A stretch of DNA of 45,101 nt from Gemmatimonadota bacterium (GCA_039588295.1 JBDHAB010000022.1:1-45101); one strand, 5' to 3'. Counted from the first letter of the stretch, positions 1-8,558 are shown. Notes: generated by a model from the letters alone, not told the origin. Program-made: numbers and translations.

Positions 1-111
1 CACGACATGCCGATGCTCGAGCGTGCCCTGGATGCGTTCAAGCGAGTCGGAGAGCGGTACGGCATCCTCGGCCTGGACAAGGAAGGGATCATCGAGAAGT
101 TCGGTGCCTGA
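1..111 (+). CDS. 3' end (partial) of a PLP-dependent alpha-oxoamine synthase, probably glycine C-acetyltransferase (Kbl/BioF family)
   Basis: Frame 1 reads HDMPMLERALDAFKRVGERYGILGLDKEGIIEKFGA* (TGA 109-111), resembling the Kbl C-terminal 'H..E.L..A..AF..VG...G.I' pattern. Only 36 residues are visible. Confidence 0.55.
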   Translation, partial: HDMPMLERALDAFKRVGERYGILGLDKEGIIEKFGA

Positions 112-133
112 CGCCGGACCCGGCCGAAGGGAC

Positions 134-2410
134 ATGGAGCAGCACCGGGACCTCTGGTGGAACTCGCCGACCTCCGAGTTCGGCCACGTCGTACACCTCG
201 ATCTCCCCGAGCCGCTCCGGATGGTCCACGGCGGCTCCCTGCCGTCGCTCCAGGTCAGCTACGAGGCATGGGGTACCCTCAACCAGGCGCGGGACAACGC
301 CGCGCTGATCATCCATCCCATGACGGCCGATTGCCACGCGACGGGCGAGTTTGCCGATCAGCCGACCGGGTGGTGGGAACCCCTCATCGGCCCGGGACGG
401 GCGATCGACACCGATCGCTTCTACGTCGTGTGCCCCAACCTGGTCGGTGGCTGCTATGGGACGACCGGACCGCGATTCCCGGACGCCGAGGGGAAACCCT
501 ACCTCGACACGTTTCCGCTGCTCACACCGCGCGACATGATGCGGGTGCAGCAGTTGTTTCTCGGACAGCTCGGTGTAGGTCGCTTGCACATGGCCATTGG
601 GCCCGGCATGGGTGGCATGATCGCATGGGAGTGGGCGGTCGAAGGTCGTGATATGGTGGAGACCGTCGTCGTCGTCGCCGCCCCGCTGCGGACCTCGCCC
701 TATCAAATCGGTCTGAACTGGCTGCAGCGACGCGGTATCGAGCTCGACATCACGGAGAACGAGGTGATAGCCACGGTGGGCCAGATGGTGGCGCGCGGGG
801 TCGGGATGATGAGTTACCGGTCACCGGTGGGGCTCGAAGAGCAGTTCGGCCGGGAGTGGTTCAAGGAGCCCGGATCGACGCTTCGGGAGCGCGGCATGTA
901 CAACGTCGAGTCGTGGCTCCGACACCACGGACGGCGAATCACCAAACGATTCGATCCGTACACCTATCTCCTCTTTAGCCGCGCGATGGACTTGCACGAC
1001 GTCAGCGATGGGCGCGCAGATCTTGTGACGGCGCTGAACCAAGTAGCGTGTCGCGTGTTGGTCATCGGCATCAGCTCCGACAACCTCTACCCGCCCGCGG
1101 AAGTGAAGCTCGGCGCCGATATCCTCGACCACTTCGGCCGCGACGTGCGCTACGAGGAAATCCGCTCGCCCAATGGTCACGACGGCTTCCTCCTCGATAC
1201 GGATCAAATCGAGACGTTCGTGCGCGGTTTCCTCGCCGTTGACGAGCGCGCGGCGCCCGTGGCTGCTGAGCGAGCGCTGCGGCCCGTGCGTGTCGGGATT
1301 CTCGGGGCGGGGCAGGTAGCCGCGTCGTTCGTTCGGCTGGTCGAGGAACGCACCGAGCAGCTTGCGGACCGCCACGGCATCCGGTTCGAGATCGCGGCAG
1401 TCGCGGAGATCGACCAATCGAAACGACTGGATCCGGTGTTCGACACAGTGGACGTGGGATACGACCCGGGTGCACTCGTCGACCGGCAGGACTTGGACGT
1501 GATCCTCGATCTCACGCGTGGACTCGGCACGCTGGAACTCGTCGAGCGGGCGCTCCGCGACCATCGACCGGTCGTAACCCCCAACAAGGTGCTGCTCTGC
1601 GCATTCGGGGAGGTGCTGGACCGCATCGCCTTCGACCACGGGGTCCGTCTTGCCTACCACGATTCGATTGCTGCGGGATGGCCACTGATGTACGCGCTCG
1701 ACCGCCCCTTGGCACACGGCCAGGTCGCCGAGATTCAGGCTGTGCTCTCGAGTTCCTGCAACGTGATGCTGGAGCTCATGGAGGATGGGGCCGATCTCGA
1801 AACGGCCGTGCGTGGAGCGGTGGCGCGCGACCTCACCGAGCCCGATCCCCAATTGGATGTATCCGGGTGGGACAGCGCTCAGAAATTAAACCTGCTGCTG
1901 ACCCGCGCGACGGGCCGGCGCCACGTAGGCCAGGAACTCGATATGGCTGGCCTCGATTCTGTCGCGCCGGAGTTGGTGCGGCTCGCACCGGAGCTGGGCC
2001 TCAGGGTGAAGCTCTGCGGCATCGCGATGGCGCCGCGTGGCGTGCTGTCTGCAGCCGTGCGACCGATCGCGGTGCGAAGCGACAGTCATCTGGGAATGGT
2101 GCGCGATCGAAACCACGCGGTGGTGGTTCACACGCGGGACGGCGGCGAGGTGGTGTACTCCGGGGTCGGCGGAGGCGCACTGCCCGTCGCGACGGCCGTG
2201 TTGAATGACCTCGTCGGCGTCTTCGATGCCGAGCACAGCTGGACGGGACGATTTCCCCCCGTCGAAGCAAGTGTGCCAGCAGTTCAGTTTGACACATGGC
2301 TCGAACTGCGTGAGGCACGGCCTACCGTTACGAGGCGGGAGACACCAGGAGCGATTCCACTCCTCTCCGTCGTGCGCGGCGAGGCCAGTGCATCCGATGA
2401 CGCGGCTTGA
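134..2410 (+). CDS. Fusion of a homoserine O-acyltransferase (MetX-like alpha/beta hydrolase) and a homoserine dehydrogenase-like domain
   Basis: N-half has MetX motifs (YEAWGTLN, GWWEPLIGPGRAIDTDRFYVVCPN, GCYGTTGP, SSDNLYP, GHDGFL). C-half from ~1280 has a Rossmann GILGAGQVA, VVTPNK and EPDPQLDVSGWDSAQKL. ATG 134 is preferred over GTG 23, which overlaps the upstream gene. Confidence 0.85.
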   Translation: MEQHRDLWWNSPTSEFGHVVHLDLPEPLRMVHGGSLPSLQVSYEAWGTLNQARDNAALIIHPMTADCHATGEFADQPTGWWEPLIGPGRAIDTDRFYVVCPNLVGGCYGTTGPRFPDAEGKPYLDTFPLLTPRDMMRVQQLFLGQLGVGRLHMAIGPGMGGMIAWEWAVEGRDMVETVVVVAAPLRTSPYQIGLNWLQRRGIELDITENEVIATVGQMVARGVGMMSYRSPVGLEEQFGREWFKEPGSTLRERGMYNVESWLRHHGRRITKRFDPYTYLLFSRAMDLHDVSDGRADLVTALNQVACRVLVIGISSDNLYPPAEVKLGADILDHFGRDVRYEEIRSPNGHDGFLLDTDQIETFVRGFLAVDERAAPVAAERALRPVRVGILGAGQVAASFVRLVEERTEQLADRHGIRFEIAAVAEIDQSKRLDPVFDTVDVGYDPGALVDRQDLDVILDLTRGLGTLELVERALRDHRPVVTPNKVLLCAFGEVLDRIAFDHGVRLAYHDSIAAGWPLMYALDRPLAHGQVAEIQAVLSSSCNVMLELMEDGADLETAVRGAVARDLTEPDPQLDVSGWDSAQKLNLLLTRATGRRHVGQELDMAGLDSVAPELVRLAPELGLRVKLCGIAMAPRGVLSAAVRPIAVRSDSHLGMVRDRNHAVVVHTRDGGEVVYSGVGGGALPVATAVLNDLVGVFDAEHSWTGRFPPVEASVPAVQFDTWLELREARPTVTRRETPGAIPLLSVVRGEASASDDAA

Positions 2411-2479
2411 TGGGGTACGGTTCGCTGGGCAAAGAGATTTGAAGCTCGAGAACCTGACAGGACGGGGTGAAGTGCAGCC

Positions 2480-2608
2480 ATGAGCAGTATGATCGAGTTC
2501 CGAGCAGAACGCTCCAAGACGGGATCGGGCCAGATCCCACGCCGGTACCTTCGTGCGCCGGACTGGGGTGAGGACGTTGGTGACCTTTCCACGCTCGAGG
2601 ACGACTGA
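2480..2608 (+). CDS. Putative 42-aa small protein (not in the ORF track)
   Basis: ATG 2480 follows GGGGTGA (2464-2470). Reads MSSMIEFRAERSKTGSGQIPRRYLRAPDWGEDVGDLSTLEDD*. Stop overlaps the next ATG (TGATG 2606-2610). Confidence 0.4.
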   Translation: MSSMIEFRAERSKTGSGQIPRRYLRAPDWGEDVGDLSTLEDD

Positions 2609-2877
2609 TGTTTGAAATCCTCGCAGGGATCGCGCTCATCGTTTTTGCGCAGAAGACCGCCCCGGCGTTGGCCCGGCGGCTCAGCGGGCAGACGATGGAC
2701 GGCACTGCCGCCCGGCGGCTCGAAGATCTCGAGCAGCGGATTGCGCAGAACGAGGACCGTCTCCTGGAGTTCTCAGCCGGCGCACACGACCGGATGATGG
2801 AGGTCGAGGAGCGGCTCGATTTCGCTGAGCGCGTGCTGCAACAACAGCGGCAGCAGCACAAGCTGCCGCCCCAGTAG
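2608..2877 (+). CDS. Small hypothetical membrane protein: N-terminal hydrophobic helix plus coiled coil (PspB-like architecture)
   Basis: MFEILAGIALIVFAQ hydrophobic segment followed by heptad-like RRLEDLEQRIAQNEDRL...EVEERLDFAERVLQQQ. Confidence 0.7.
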   Translation: MFEILAGIALIVFAQKTAPALARRLSGQTMDGTAARRLEDLEQRIAQNEDRLLEFSAGAHDRMMEVEERLDFAERVLQQQRQQHKLPPQ

Positions 2878-2969
2878 GAGGTGCGGTTACCTTTATCGCG
2901 CATCTGGGCCGGCGCGAGCACCTGCCACGCGCGGCATGCCTCGTGTCGCATCTCGAGAGGATCGTTCCA

Positions 2970-4187
2970 ATGAACACCGCTGCCTTGCTGGCCGAAGTCG
3001 ACCGATACAGCGCCCACAACTACCATCCGCTTCCCATCGTTCTCTCCAAAGGAGAGGGTCCGTGGGTATGGGACATCGAGGGCAATCGCTACCTCGACTG
3101 TCTTTCAGCGTACTCCGCCGTCAACCAGGGACATCGCCACCCAGCGATCGTCGAGGCGGCGAAGGCGCAACTCGACCGCCTCACACTCACCTCCCGGGCG
3201 TTTCACAACGATCAGATGGGTCCATTTCTTCGCGAACTCTGCGACGTTACGGGCTATGCCAAGGCGCTGCCCATGAATTCGGGGGCGGAAGCCGTCGAAA
3301 CCGCCATCAAGGCCGTACGCCGCTGGGGGTATCGGGTGAAGGAAGTCCCGGCGGATCGCGCCGAGATCGTGGTGTGTGCCAACAACTTCCATGGCCGAAC
3401 CACGACGGTAGTGTCATTCTCGACGGAAGAGTCGTACAAAGCGGATTTCGGTCCGCTCACGCCGGGATTCACCATCATTCCCTACGGGGATGTCGAGGCG
3501 CTCCGCTCTGCCATCAACCCGCACACGGTGGCCTTCCTGGTGGAACCGTTGCAAGGCGAGGGCGGCGTCATCGTGCCCCCCGACGGATACCTTCGCGAGA
3601 CGGCGGAGATCTGCCGGGAGCACGGGGTGCTGTTTGTGGCGGACGAGATTCAAACTGGACTCGGTCGCACCGGGAAGCTGTTCTGTTGTGACTGGGAGGA
3701 CGTGAAACCCGACGTGCTCGTCGTGGGCAAGGCGTTGAGCGGTGGGTGCTACCCCGTCTCCGCGATGTTGTCGAACGAGGAGATCATGGGCGTGTTCCAT
3801 CCCGGCGACCACGGCTCCACGTTCGGTGGGAACCCATTGGGTGCGGCGATAGCTCGTGCCGCGGTCCGAGTGATCGTCGAGGAGCGGTTGCCCGAGCGGG
3901 CACGCGAACTCGGCACCTGGTTCATGGACGAGCTCCGGCGCATCGACTCGCCGCACGTGCAGGAAGTGCGCGGTCGCGGGTTGATGATTGGGGTGGTGAT
4001 CCGGCCCGAGAGCGGCCCGGCTCGGCCGTTTTGCGAGGGGTTGATGCAGCGGGGAATCCTCGCGAAGGAAACGCACGAGCAGGTCGTGCGGTTTGCGCCG
4101 CCGTTGGTGATCGAACGTTCCGAGCTGGCGTGGGCGCTCGAGCACATCCGTGCCGTCCTGGCCGGCGTAGGCGTGGCTTCCGGTTGA
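2970..4187 (+). CDS. rocD: Ornithine--oxo-acid aminotransferase
   Basis: SAHNYHPLP, LSAYSAVNQGHRHP, NSGAEAVETAIK, DEIQTGLGRTG, GKALSGG (PLP Lys), HGSTFGGNP, KETHEQVVRFAPPL. GAGAGG precedes ATG 2970. Confidence 0.95.
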   Translation: MNTAALLAEVDRYSAHNYHPLPIVLSKGEGPWVWDIEGNRYLDCLSAYSAVNQGHRHPAIVEAAKAQLDRLTLTSRAFHNDQMGPFLRELCDVTGYAKALPMNSGAEAVETAIKAVRRWGYRVKEVPADRAEIVVCANNFHGRTTTVVSFSTEESYKADFGPLTPGFTIIPYGDVEALRSAINPHTVAFLVEPLQGEGGVIVPPDGYLRETAEICREHGVLFVADEIQTGLGRTGKLFCCDWEDVKPDVLVVGKALSGGCYPVSAMLSNEEIMGVFHPGDHGSTFGGNPLGAAIARAAVRVIVEERLPERARELGTWFMDELRRIDSPHVQEVRGRGLMIGVVIRPESGPARPFCEGLMQRGILAKETHEQVVRFAPPLVIERSELAWALEHIRAVLAGVGVASG

Positions 4188-5185
4188 GCGACTTCCGTAT
4201 CGAGAACATCCGGGGTGGGCTTGTCGAGTCCACCCATCGTGTCTCCGTTTCCGTGTGCGACGCCGACGGGGCGCTGCGTGCGGTGTCGGGAAACCCGGAC
4301 CGCATCACGATCATGCGCTCATCGGCCAAACCGTTCCAGGCGATTCCACTGGTCGAAGATGGCGTGGTTCAGCGGTACCAGATCTCACGAGAAGAGCTGG
4401 CCCTGGCCTGCGCGTCCCACAGTTCTGAGCGCCGACAGGTGGAGATCGTGGCGGCGTGGCTCGCGCGGATTGGGTATGTCGAGACTGATCTTGCCTGCGG
4501 ACCGCACCGACCGTTGTCTCGGGAACTCGCCGTACAGGACTTCGATGCACCGGTCGAACAGGATCCGCTCCCGCCGTCGCCCGTGACGAGCAATTGCTCG
4601 GGCAAACACACCGGGATGTTGGCCCTGGCGAAGCATCATGGATGGGACATTGCCGGCTATAACACGCCCGACCATCCGGTGCAGCGACGGATCATGAAGG
4701 AGATCGTGCGCTACATGGGGATCGAGGTGACCGAGATTGCCACCGCGACGGATGGGTGCGGCGTGGTCACGTTCGCCGTACCGCTGCACGCCATGGCGGC
4801 GGCATTTGCGCGTATGGCCGCGAGCGCCGCCGCCGCTCCACGGGCGATCGTCGGTGCCATGGTGACGCATCCCGATCTCGTCGGCGGCGTCGGTCGGCTC
4901 TGCACCGCCGTGATGCAAGCCTATCCGCGACGGGTACTGGCCAAGGTGGGCGCCGAGGGGGTGTATGGAGGTGCACTCCTCGATGAGGGACTCGGGATCG
5001 CCCTCAAGGTGGAGGACGGTAACGCGCGGGCCGCCACGGTGGCGCTGGTGGCGGTGCTGGAACAACTCGGGCTCGAGCCCAAGCCTTCCCGCGAGCTGGG
5101 CCGGTTCGCGCAACTTCCCATCCTCAACACCCGGCGCGAACACGTGGGCATGATGCAGCCGGCCGGCACGGTGTCGTTCGTTTGA
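4184..5185 (+). CDS. L-asparaginase, Rhizobium etli (class 3 / Asparaginase_II) type
   Basis: RGGLVESTH, RSSAKPFQA, ACASHS, NCSGKHTGML, DGCG, AKVGAEGV, ALKVEDG motifs. TTG start overlaps the rocD stop (TTGA). Confidence 0.88.
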   Translation: MSDFRIENIRGGLVESTHRVSVSVCDADGALRAVSGNPDRITIMRSSAKPFQAIPLVEDGVVQRYQISREELALACASHSSERRQVEIVAAWLARIGYVETDLACGPHRPLSRELAVQDFDAPVEQDPLPPSPVTSNCSGKHTGMLALAKHHGWDIAGYNTPDHPVQRRIMKEIVRYMGIEVTEIATATDGCGVVTFAVPLHAMAAAFARMAASAAAAPRAIVGAMVTHPDLVGGVGRLCTAVMQAYPRRVLAKVGAEGVYGGALLDEGLGIALKVEDGNARAATVALVAVLEQLGLEPKPSRELGRFAQLPILNTRREHVGMMQPAGTVSFV

Positions 5186-5262
5186 TGTCGGTGGCGGCGG
5201 ATTGATGGGAGCGAGATGGGCAAGCGGCTACATCGTCCGGTGATGCACCGAGGCACAAGGCC

Positions 5263-6273
5263 ATGAAGTTCATCGACCACGCCACGATTCGGGTCAGGGC
5301 CGGGACGGGAGGGTCCGGCTGCGCATCGTTCCGTCGAGAGGCCTTTGTTCCCAAGGGCGGGCCCGACGGCGGAGACGGTGGCCGCGGCGGTAGCATCCAT
5401 CTCCGTGCCGATCGACATCTCACGACGCTGCTCGACTACCGCTACAAGACGCATCGGACGGCGGAGCGTGGACAGCATGGCAAGGGCTCCAACAAGACCG
5501 GTCGTTCAGGGGAAGACATCTACCTCCCAGTGCCGCCCGGCACGCTCGTGCGGGACTGGGAAACAGGTGAGCTGCTGGGTGAGCTGCTTGAGCCGGAAGA
5601 GACCGTGCTCGTGGCGAAGGGTGGTCGCGGTGGCCGCGGGAATGCACGCTTCGCGACGTCCACCCATCAGGCGCCGCGCGAGTGGGAGCCGGGTGAGGAA
5701 GGAGAGGACCGCACGATCGAGCTCATCCTCAAGCTCATCGCAGATGTCGGGCTGGTCGGAGAGCCCAACGTCGGGAAGAGCACGTTGCTGTCGGTCGTGT
5801 CCGCTGCACGTCCAAAGATCGCCGACTACCCGTTCACGACCCTGGCGCCACAACTGGGCGTAGTCGAACTCACGGGGTCGAGATCGTTTGTCATGGCCGA
5901 CATTCCCGGACTGATTGAGGGAGCGCATGCGGGCAAGGGCCTCGGCGATCAGTTCCTGCAGCACATCGAGCGGACCAAGGTCCTCGCGTATATGGTCTCC
6001 GTGGAGGAGCCCGACCCGCAAGCGGCGTACGATCGGATTCACGCCGAAGTCGCACAGTATGACGAAGTGGTGGCGGCGAAACCGCACGTGGTTGTGTTGA
6101 CGAAGGTAGATCTCCTGCCACCGGACGCCGAGCCTCCAGCCCTCACCGCTCCGCTTGCACACGACGTCTTTCCCATCTCCTCCGTTGCTCACCAGGGGCT
6201 GGAGCCGCTCAACGAGCGGCTGTGGGGTCTGCTCCGGGAATCGGAACCGGATTCGGGCGTGTCGCCTCCGTGA
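5263..6273 (+). CDS. obgE: GTPase ObgE/CgtA
   Basis: FRREAFVPKGGPDGGDGGRGG Obg fold, GEPNVGKSTL P-loop, ADYPFTTL, DIPGLIEGA. Confidence 0.97.
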   Translation: MKFIDHATIRVRAGTGGSGCASFRREAFVPKGGPDGGDGGRGGSIHLRADRHLTTLLDYRYKTHRTAERGQHGKGSNKTGRSGEDIYLPVPPGTLVRDWETGELLGELLEPEETVLVAKGGRGGRGNARFATSTHQAPREWEPGEEGEDRTIELILKLIADVGLVGEPNVGKSTLLSVVSAARPKIADYPFTTLAPQLGVVELTGSRSFVMADIPGLIEGAHAGKGLGDQFLQHIERTKVLAYMVSVEEPDPQAAYDRIHAEVAQYDEVVAAKPHVVVLTKVDLLPPDAEPPALTAPLAHDVFPISSVAHQGLEPLNERLWGLLRESEPDSGVSPP

Positions 6274-7364
6274 GTCAGCCCGATCTCGCCTACGTCACCC
6301 TCGCGCTCGTCCCCGGGATCGGTCGGACGCGGCTCGAGATGCTCCTGGCGGCATTTGGCTCCGCGCAGCTGGCGCTCGACGCGTCGCTCCGGGCACTCTC
6401 GGACGTGCCGTCGATGTCACGCGCCGCCGCCACGGCCGTGCGCGGTGCGAGCGTCGAGGACGGCCGACGGGTGGTTGCGGGCACGGTGGACCTGGGTGGT
6501 GTCGTTCTGCTGCCGTCGGACCGACGGTTTCCCCAGGCCCTTCGCGCCATTCCAGACGCGCCGACGCTCCTGTTTGCCAGGGGTAGATTGGAGTTCCTCA
6601 GCCGGTCCGCGGTGGCGATCGTGGGAAGCCGTACCCACACGCGGTACGGTGCGGAGGCGTGTCGGCACTTCGCATCGGGGCTTGCGCGAGCGGGGTTGGC
6701 CGTCGCGAGCGGCATGGCCCGTGGTCTCGACGCGATCGCGCACGCCGCGTGTCTCGACGCCGGCGGCGCAACCGTTGGTGTACTGGGCAACGGCCTCGGA
6801 GTCGTCTACCCGGCGGCGAATCGTCGGCTCTACGATCGCGTGGCCGAGTACGGGTGTCTCATCACGGAGTTTCCTCCGGGCGACCGTCCCCACGCGGGAA
6901 GCTTCCCTCGACGCAACCGCCTGATCAGCGGGCTCGCCCGGTGTACGCTCGTGGTCGAAGCGCGGGAGAAGTCGGGGGCTCTCAACACGGTTGAGTGTGC
7001 CCTCGCGCAAGGTCGCGAAGTGCTTGCGGTTCCCGGCCCGATCACCAGCCCGACGTCCATCGGTGCCAACCGTCTCATTCAGCATGGTGCCAAACCGGCG
7101 CTCGGCCTTCGAGACGTGTTGGAAGAGTACGAGCTCCCGACGACCGACACGATCGCCGCGCATCAGCCGGAGGGTCTCACCGCACTCGAACGACGCACCT
7201 TCGAGTTGCTGGGTCTGGGCGTTGAACAGGTCGACGATGTCGCTGTGCGCCTGAAGTGCTCGGTGTCCGAAGCGCTGTCGGTGCTGACCAACTTGGAACT
7301 CCGCGGCCTCGTGTCGCAGGAGCCCGGCAAGCTCTTCAGGCAAGGCGCCGGCGCCCTGACCTGA
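6270..7364 (+). CDS. dprA: DNA-processing protein DprA
   Basis: AIVGSR, SGMARGLDAIAH, FPRRNRLISGL, VVEAREKSGAL, C-terminal winged helix. GTGA overlap with the obgE stop. Confidence 0.93.
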   Translation: MSQPDLAYVTLALVPGIGRTRLEMLLAAFGSAQLALDASLRALSDVPSMSRAAATAVRGASVEDGRRVVAGTVDLGGVVLLPSDRRFPQALRAIPDAPTLLFARGRLEFLSRSAVAIVGSRTHTRYGAEACRHFASGLARAGLAVASGMARGLDAIAHAACLDAGGATVGVLGNGLGVVYPAANRRLYDRVAEYGCLITEFPPGDRPHAGSFPRRNRLISGLARCTLVVEAREKSGALNTVECALAQGREVLAVPGPITSPTSIGANRLIQHGAKPALGLRDVLEEYELPTTDTIAAHQPEGLTALERRTFELLGLGVEQVDDVAVRLKCSVSEALSVLTNLELRGLVSQEPGKLFRQGAGALT

Positions 7365-7374
7365 TTCGAGGAGG

Positions 7375-8508
7375 ATGCAGCACCTCTACGTGCACGTCCC
7401 GTTTTGCCGACGTCGCTGCTCCTACTGCGACTTCGCCATCGCCGTCCGCCGGAGGGTGCCCGCAGACCACTACGTCAACGCCATCCTCGACGAATGTCGG
7501 CTGAGACTCGCGGAACCCGCGTGGCGTGACCAGCCGCTCGAGACGCTCTACCTAGGAGGGGGAACGCCGTCGCTCCTCCCCCACCGGCAGTTGTCGCGGC
7601 TGGTGCACGGGCTGCTGACTGCTGTGAGCGACCCCGTGTCGGGGGACCTGGAGGTCACGCTCGAAGCGAACCCGGACGACGTCACGGCCGAGACCGCGGA
7701 TGCCTGGGTGCGAATGGGGGTGAATCGGGTCTCCTTGGGAGTGCAGTCGTTTCACCCTCAGGTGCTCGAGTGGATGCACCGGACGCACAAGGTAGAGGCG
7801 TCCGAGGAAGCCGCGCGCGTGCTACGCCAAGCGGGCGACGTGTCCCTTTCGCTCGACTTGATCTTTGGCTTGCCGCAGGAACTGCGATCGGACTTTCGTA
7901 CCGATCTCGAGCGCGCGCTGACGCTGGATCCCGATCACCTCTCGATCTACGCGCTCACCACGGAACCGCGCACGCCCCTCGCCCGCTGGATTGCACGGGG
8001 GCACGTGCGGGGCGCGCCGGATTCCGACTTCGAGGGACAGTTCCTCCTGGCACACGAGGTGCTGACCCGCTCGGGATACGAGCACTACGAGGTCTCGAGT
8101 TACGCCCGTCCCGGACTCGCGGCGCGCCACAACACGGCGTACTGGTCAGGTCACCGCTACCTCGGGCTTGGACCTTCGGCCCACAGCTTCACCGGAACCG
8201 AACGCTTCTGGAACGTGGCACAGTGGGCGGCCTACGCCCGCGCGCTCGACGAATCGCGCGATCCCACCGACTCCCGAGAACACCTGACAGAGGAACAGCG
8301 ACGGTTGGAGCGAGCATACCTGGGGCTGCGTACCGCCGCTGGAGCGCCGCGCGCGCTGCTCCCGGGCCTCGGCACGGCTCCGGCCCGTGCCGCCATCAAG
8401 GAGCGATGGCTGGCCGACGAACCGGACCGGGTGAGACTCACGCCCCACGGGTGGCTTCGGCTCGAGAAGTTGGCCGCCATCTTGACCACTAAGCCCGGTG
8501 GTGGGTAA
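7375..8508 (+). CDS. hemW: Radical SAM heme chaperone HemW (HemN-like)
   Basis: LYVHVPFCRRRCSYCDF (CX3CX2C), GGGTPS, HNTAYW. GAGGAG RBS. Classic position upstream of hrcA. Confidence 0.92.
   Translation: MQHLYVHVPFCRRRCSYCDFAIAVRRRVPADHYVNAILDECRLRLAEPAWRDQPLETLYLGGGTPSLLPHRQLSRLVHGLLTAVSDPVSGDLEVTLEANPDDVTAETADAWVRMGVNRVSLGVQSFHPQVLEWMHRTHKVEASEEAARVLRQAGDVSLSLDLIFGLPQELRSDFRTDLERALTLDPDHLSIYALTTEPRTPLARWIARGHVRGAPDSDFEGQFLLAHEVLTRSGYEHYEVSSYARPGLAARHNTAYWSGHRYLGLGPSAHSFTGTERFWNVAQWAAYARALDESRDPTDSREHLTEEQRRLERAYLGLRTAAGAPRALLPGLGTAPARAAIKERWLADEPDRVRLTPHGWLRLEKLAAILTTKPGGG
8482..8508 (+). promoter_or_regulatory. CIRCE-like operator 1, overlapping a candidate sigma70 promoter (TTGACC-N18-TAATAT)
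   Basis: TTGACCACT-aagcccggt-GGTGGGTAA: 9-9-9 imperfect inverted repeat directly upstream of hrcA. The right arm contains the hemW stop. Confidence 0.6.
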
Positions 8509-8517
8509 TATGACCCG

Positions 8518-8544
8518 TTGACCACTTGACGCGAAGGTGGCTAA
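8518..8544 (+). promoter_or_regulatory. CIRCE-like operator 2
   Basis: TTGACCACT-tgacgcgaa-GGTGGCTAA. Left arm identical to copy 1, same 9-nt spacer length, ends in GCTAA like canonical CIRCE. Confidence 0.65.
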
Positions 8545-8558
8545 TCGGTTTCAGAACA

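Noticed and set aside
23..133. N-terminal extension of the 795-aa ORF from GTG 23
   Set aside because: Overlaps the upstream gene in another frame and has no MetX-like character. ATG 134 is more plausible.
2881..2947. Hairpins and a TACCTT -10-like hexamer upstream of rocD (possible riboswitch)
   Set aside because: Short, reliant on several G.U pairs, no riboswitch consensus I recognise. Expected by chance at this GC content.
5263..6273. ObgE lacking a C-terminal OCT domain
   Set aside because: Short Obg proteins are common in many phyla.
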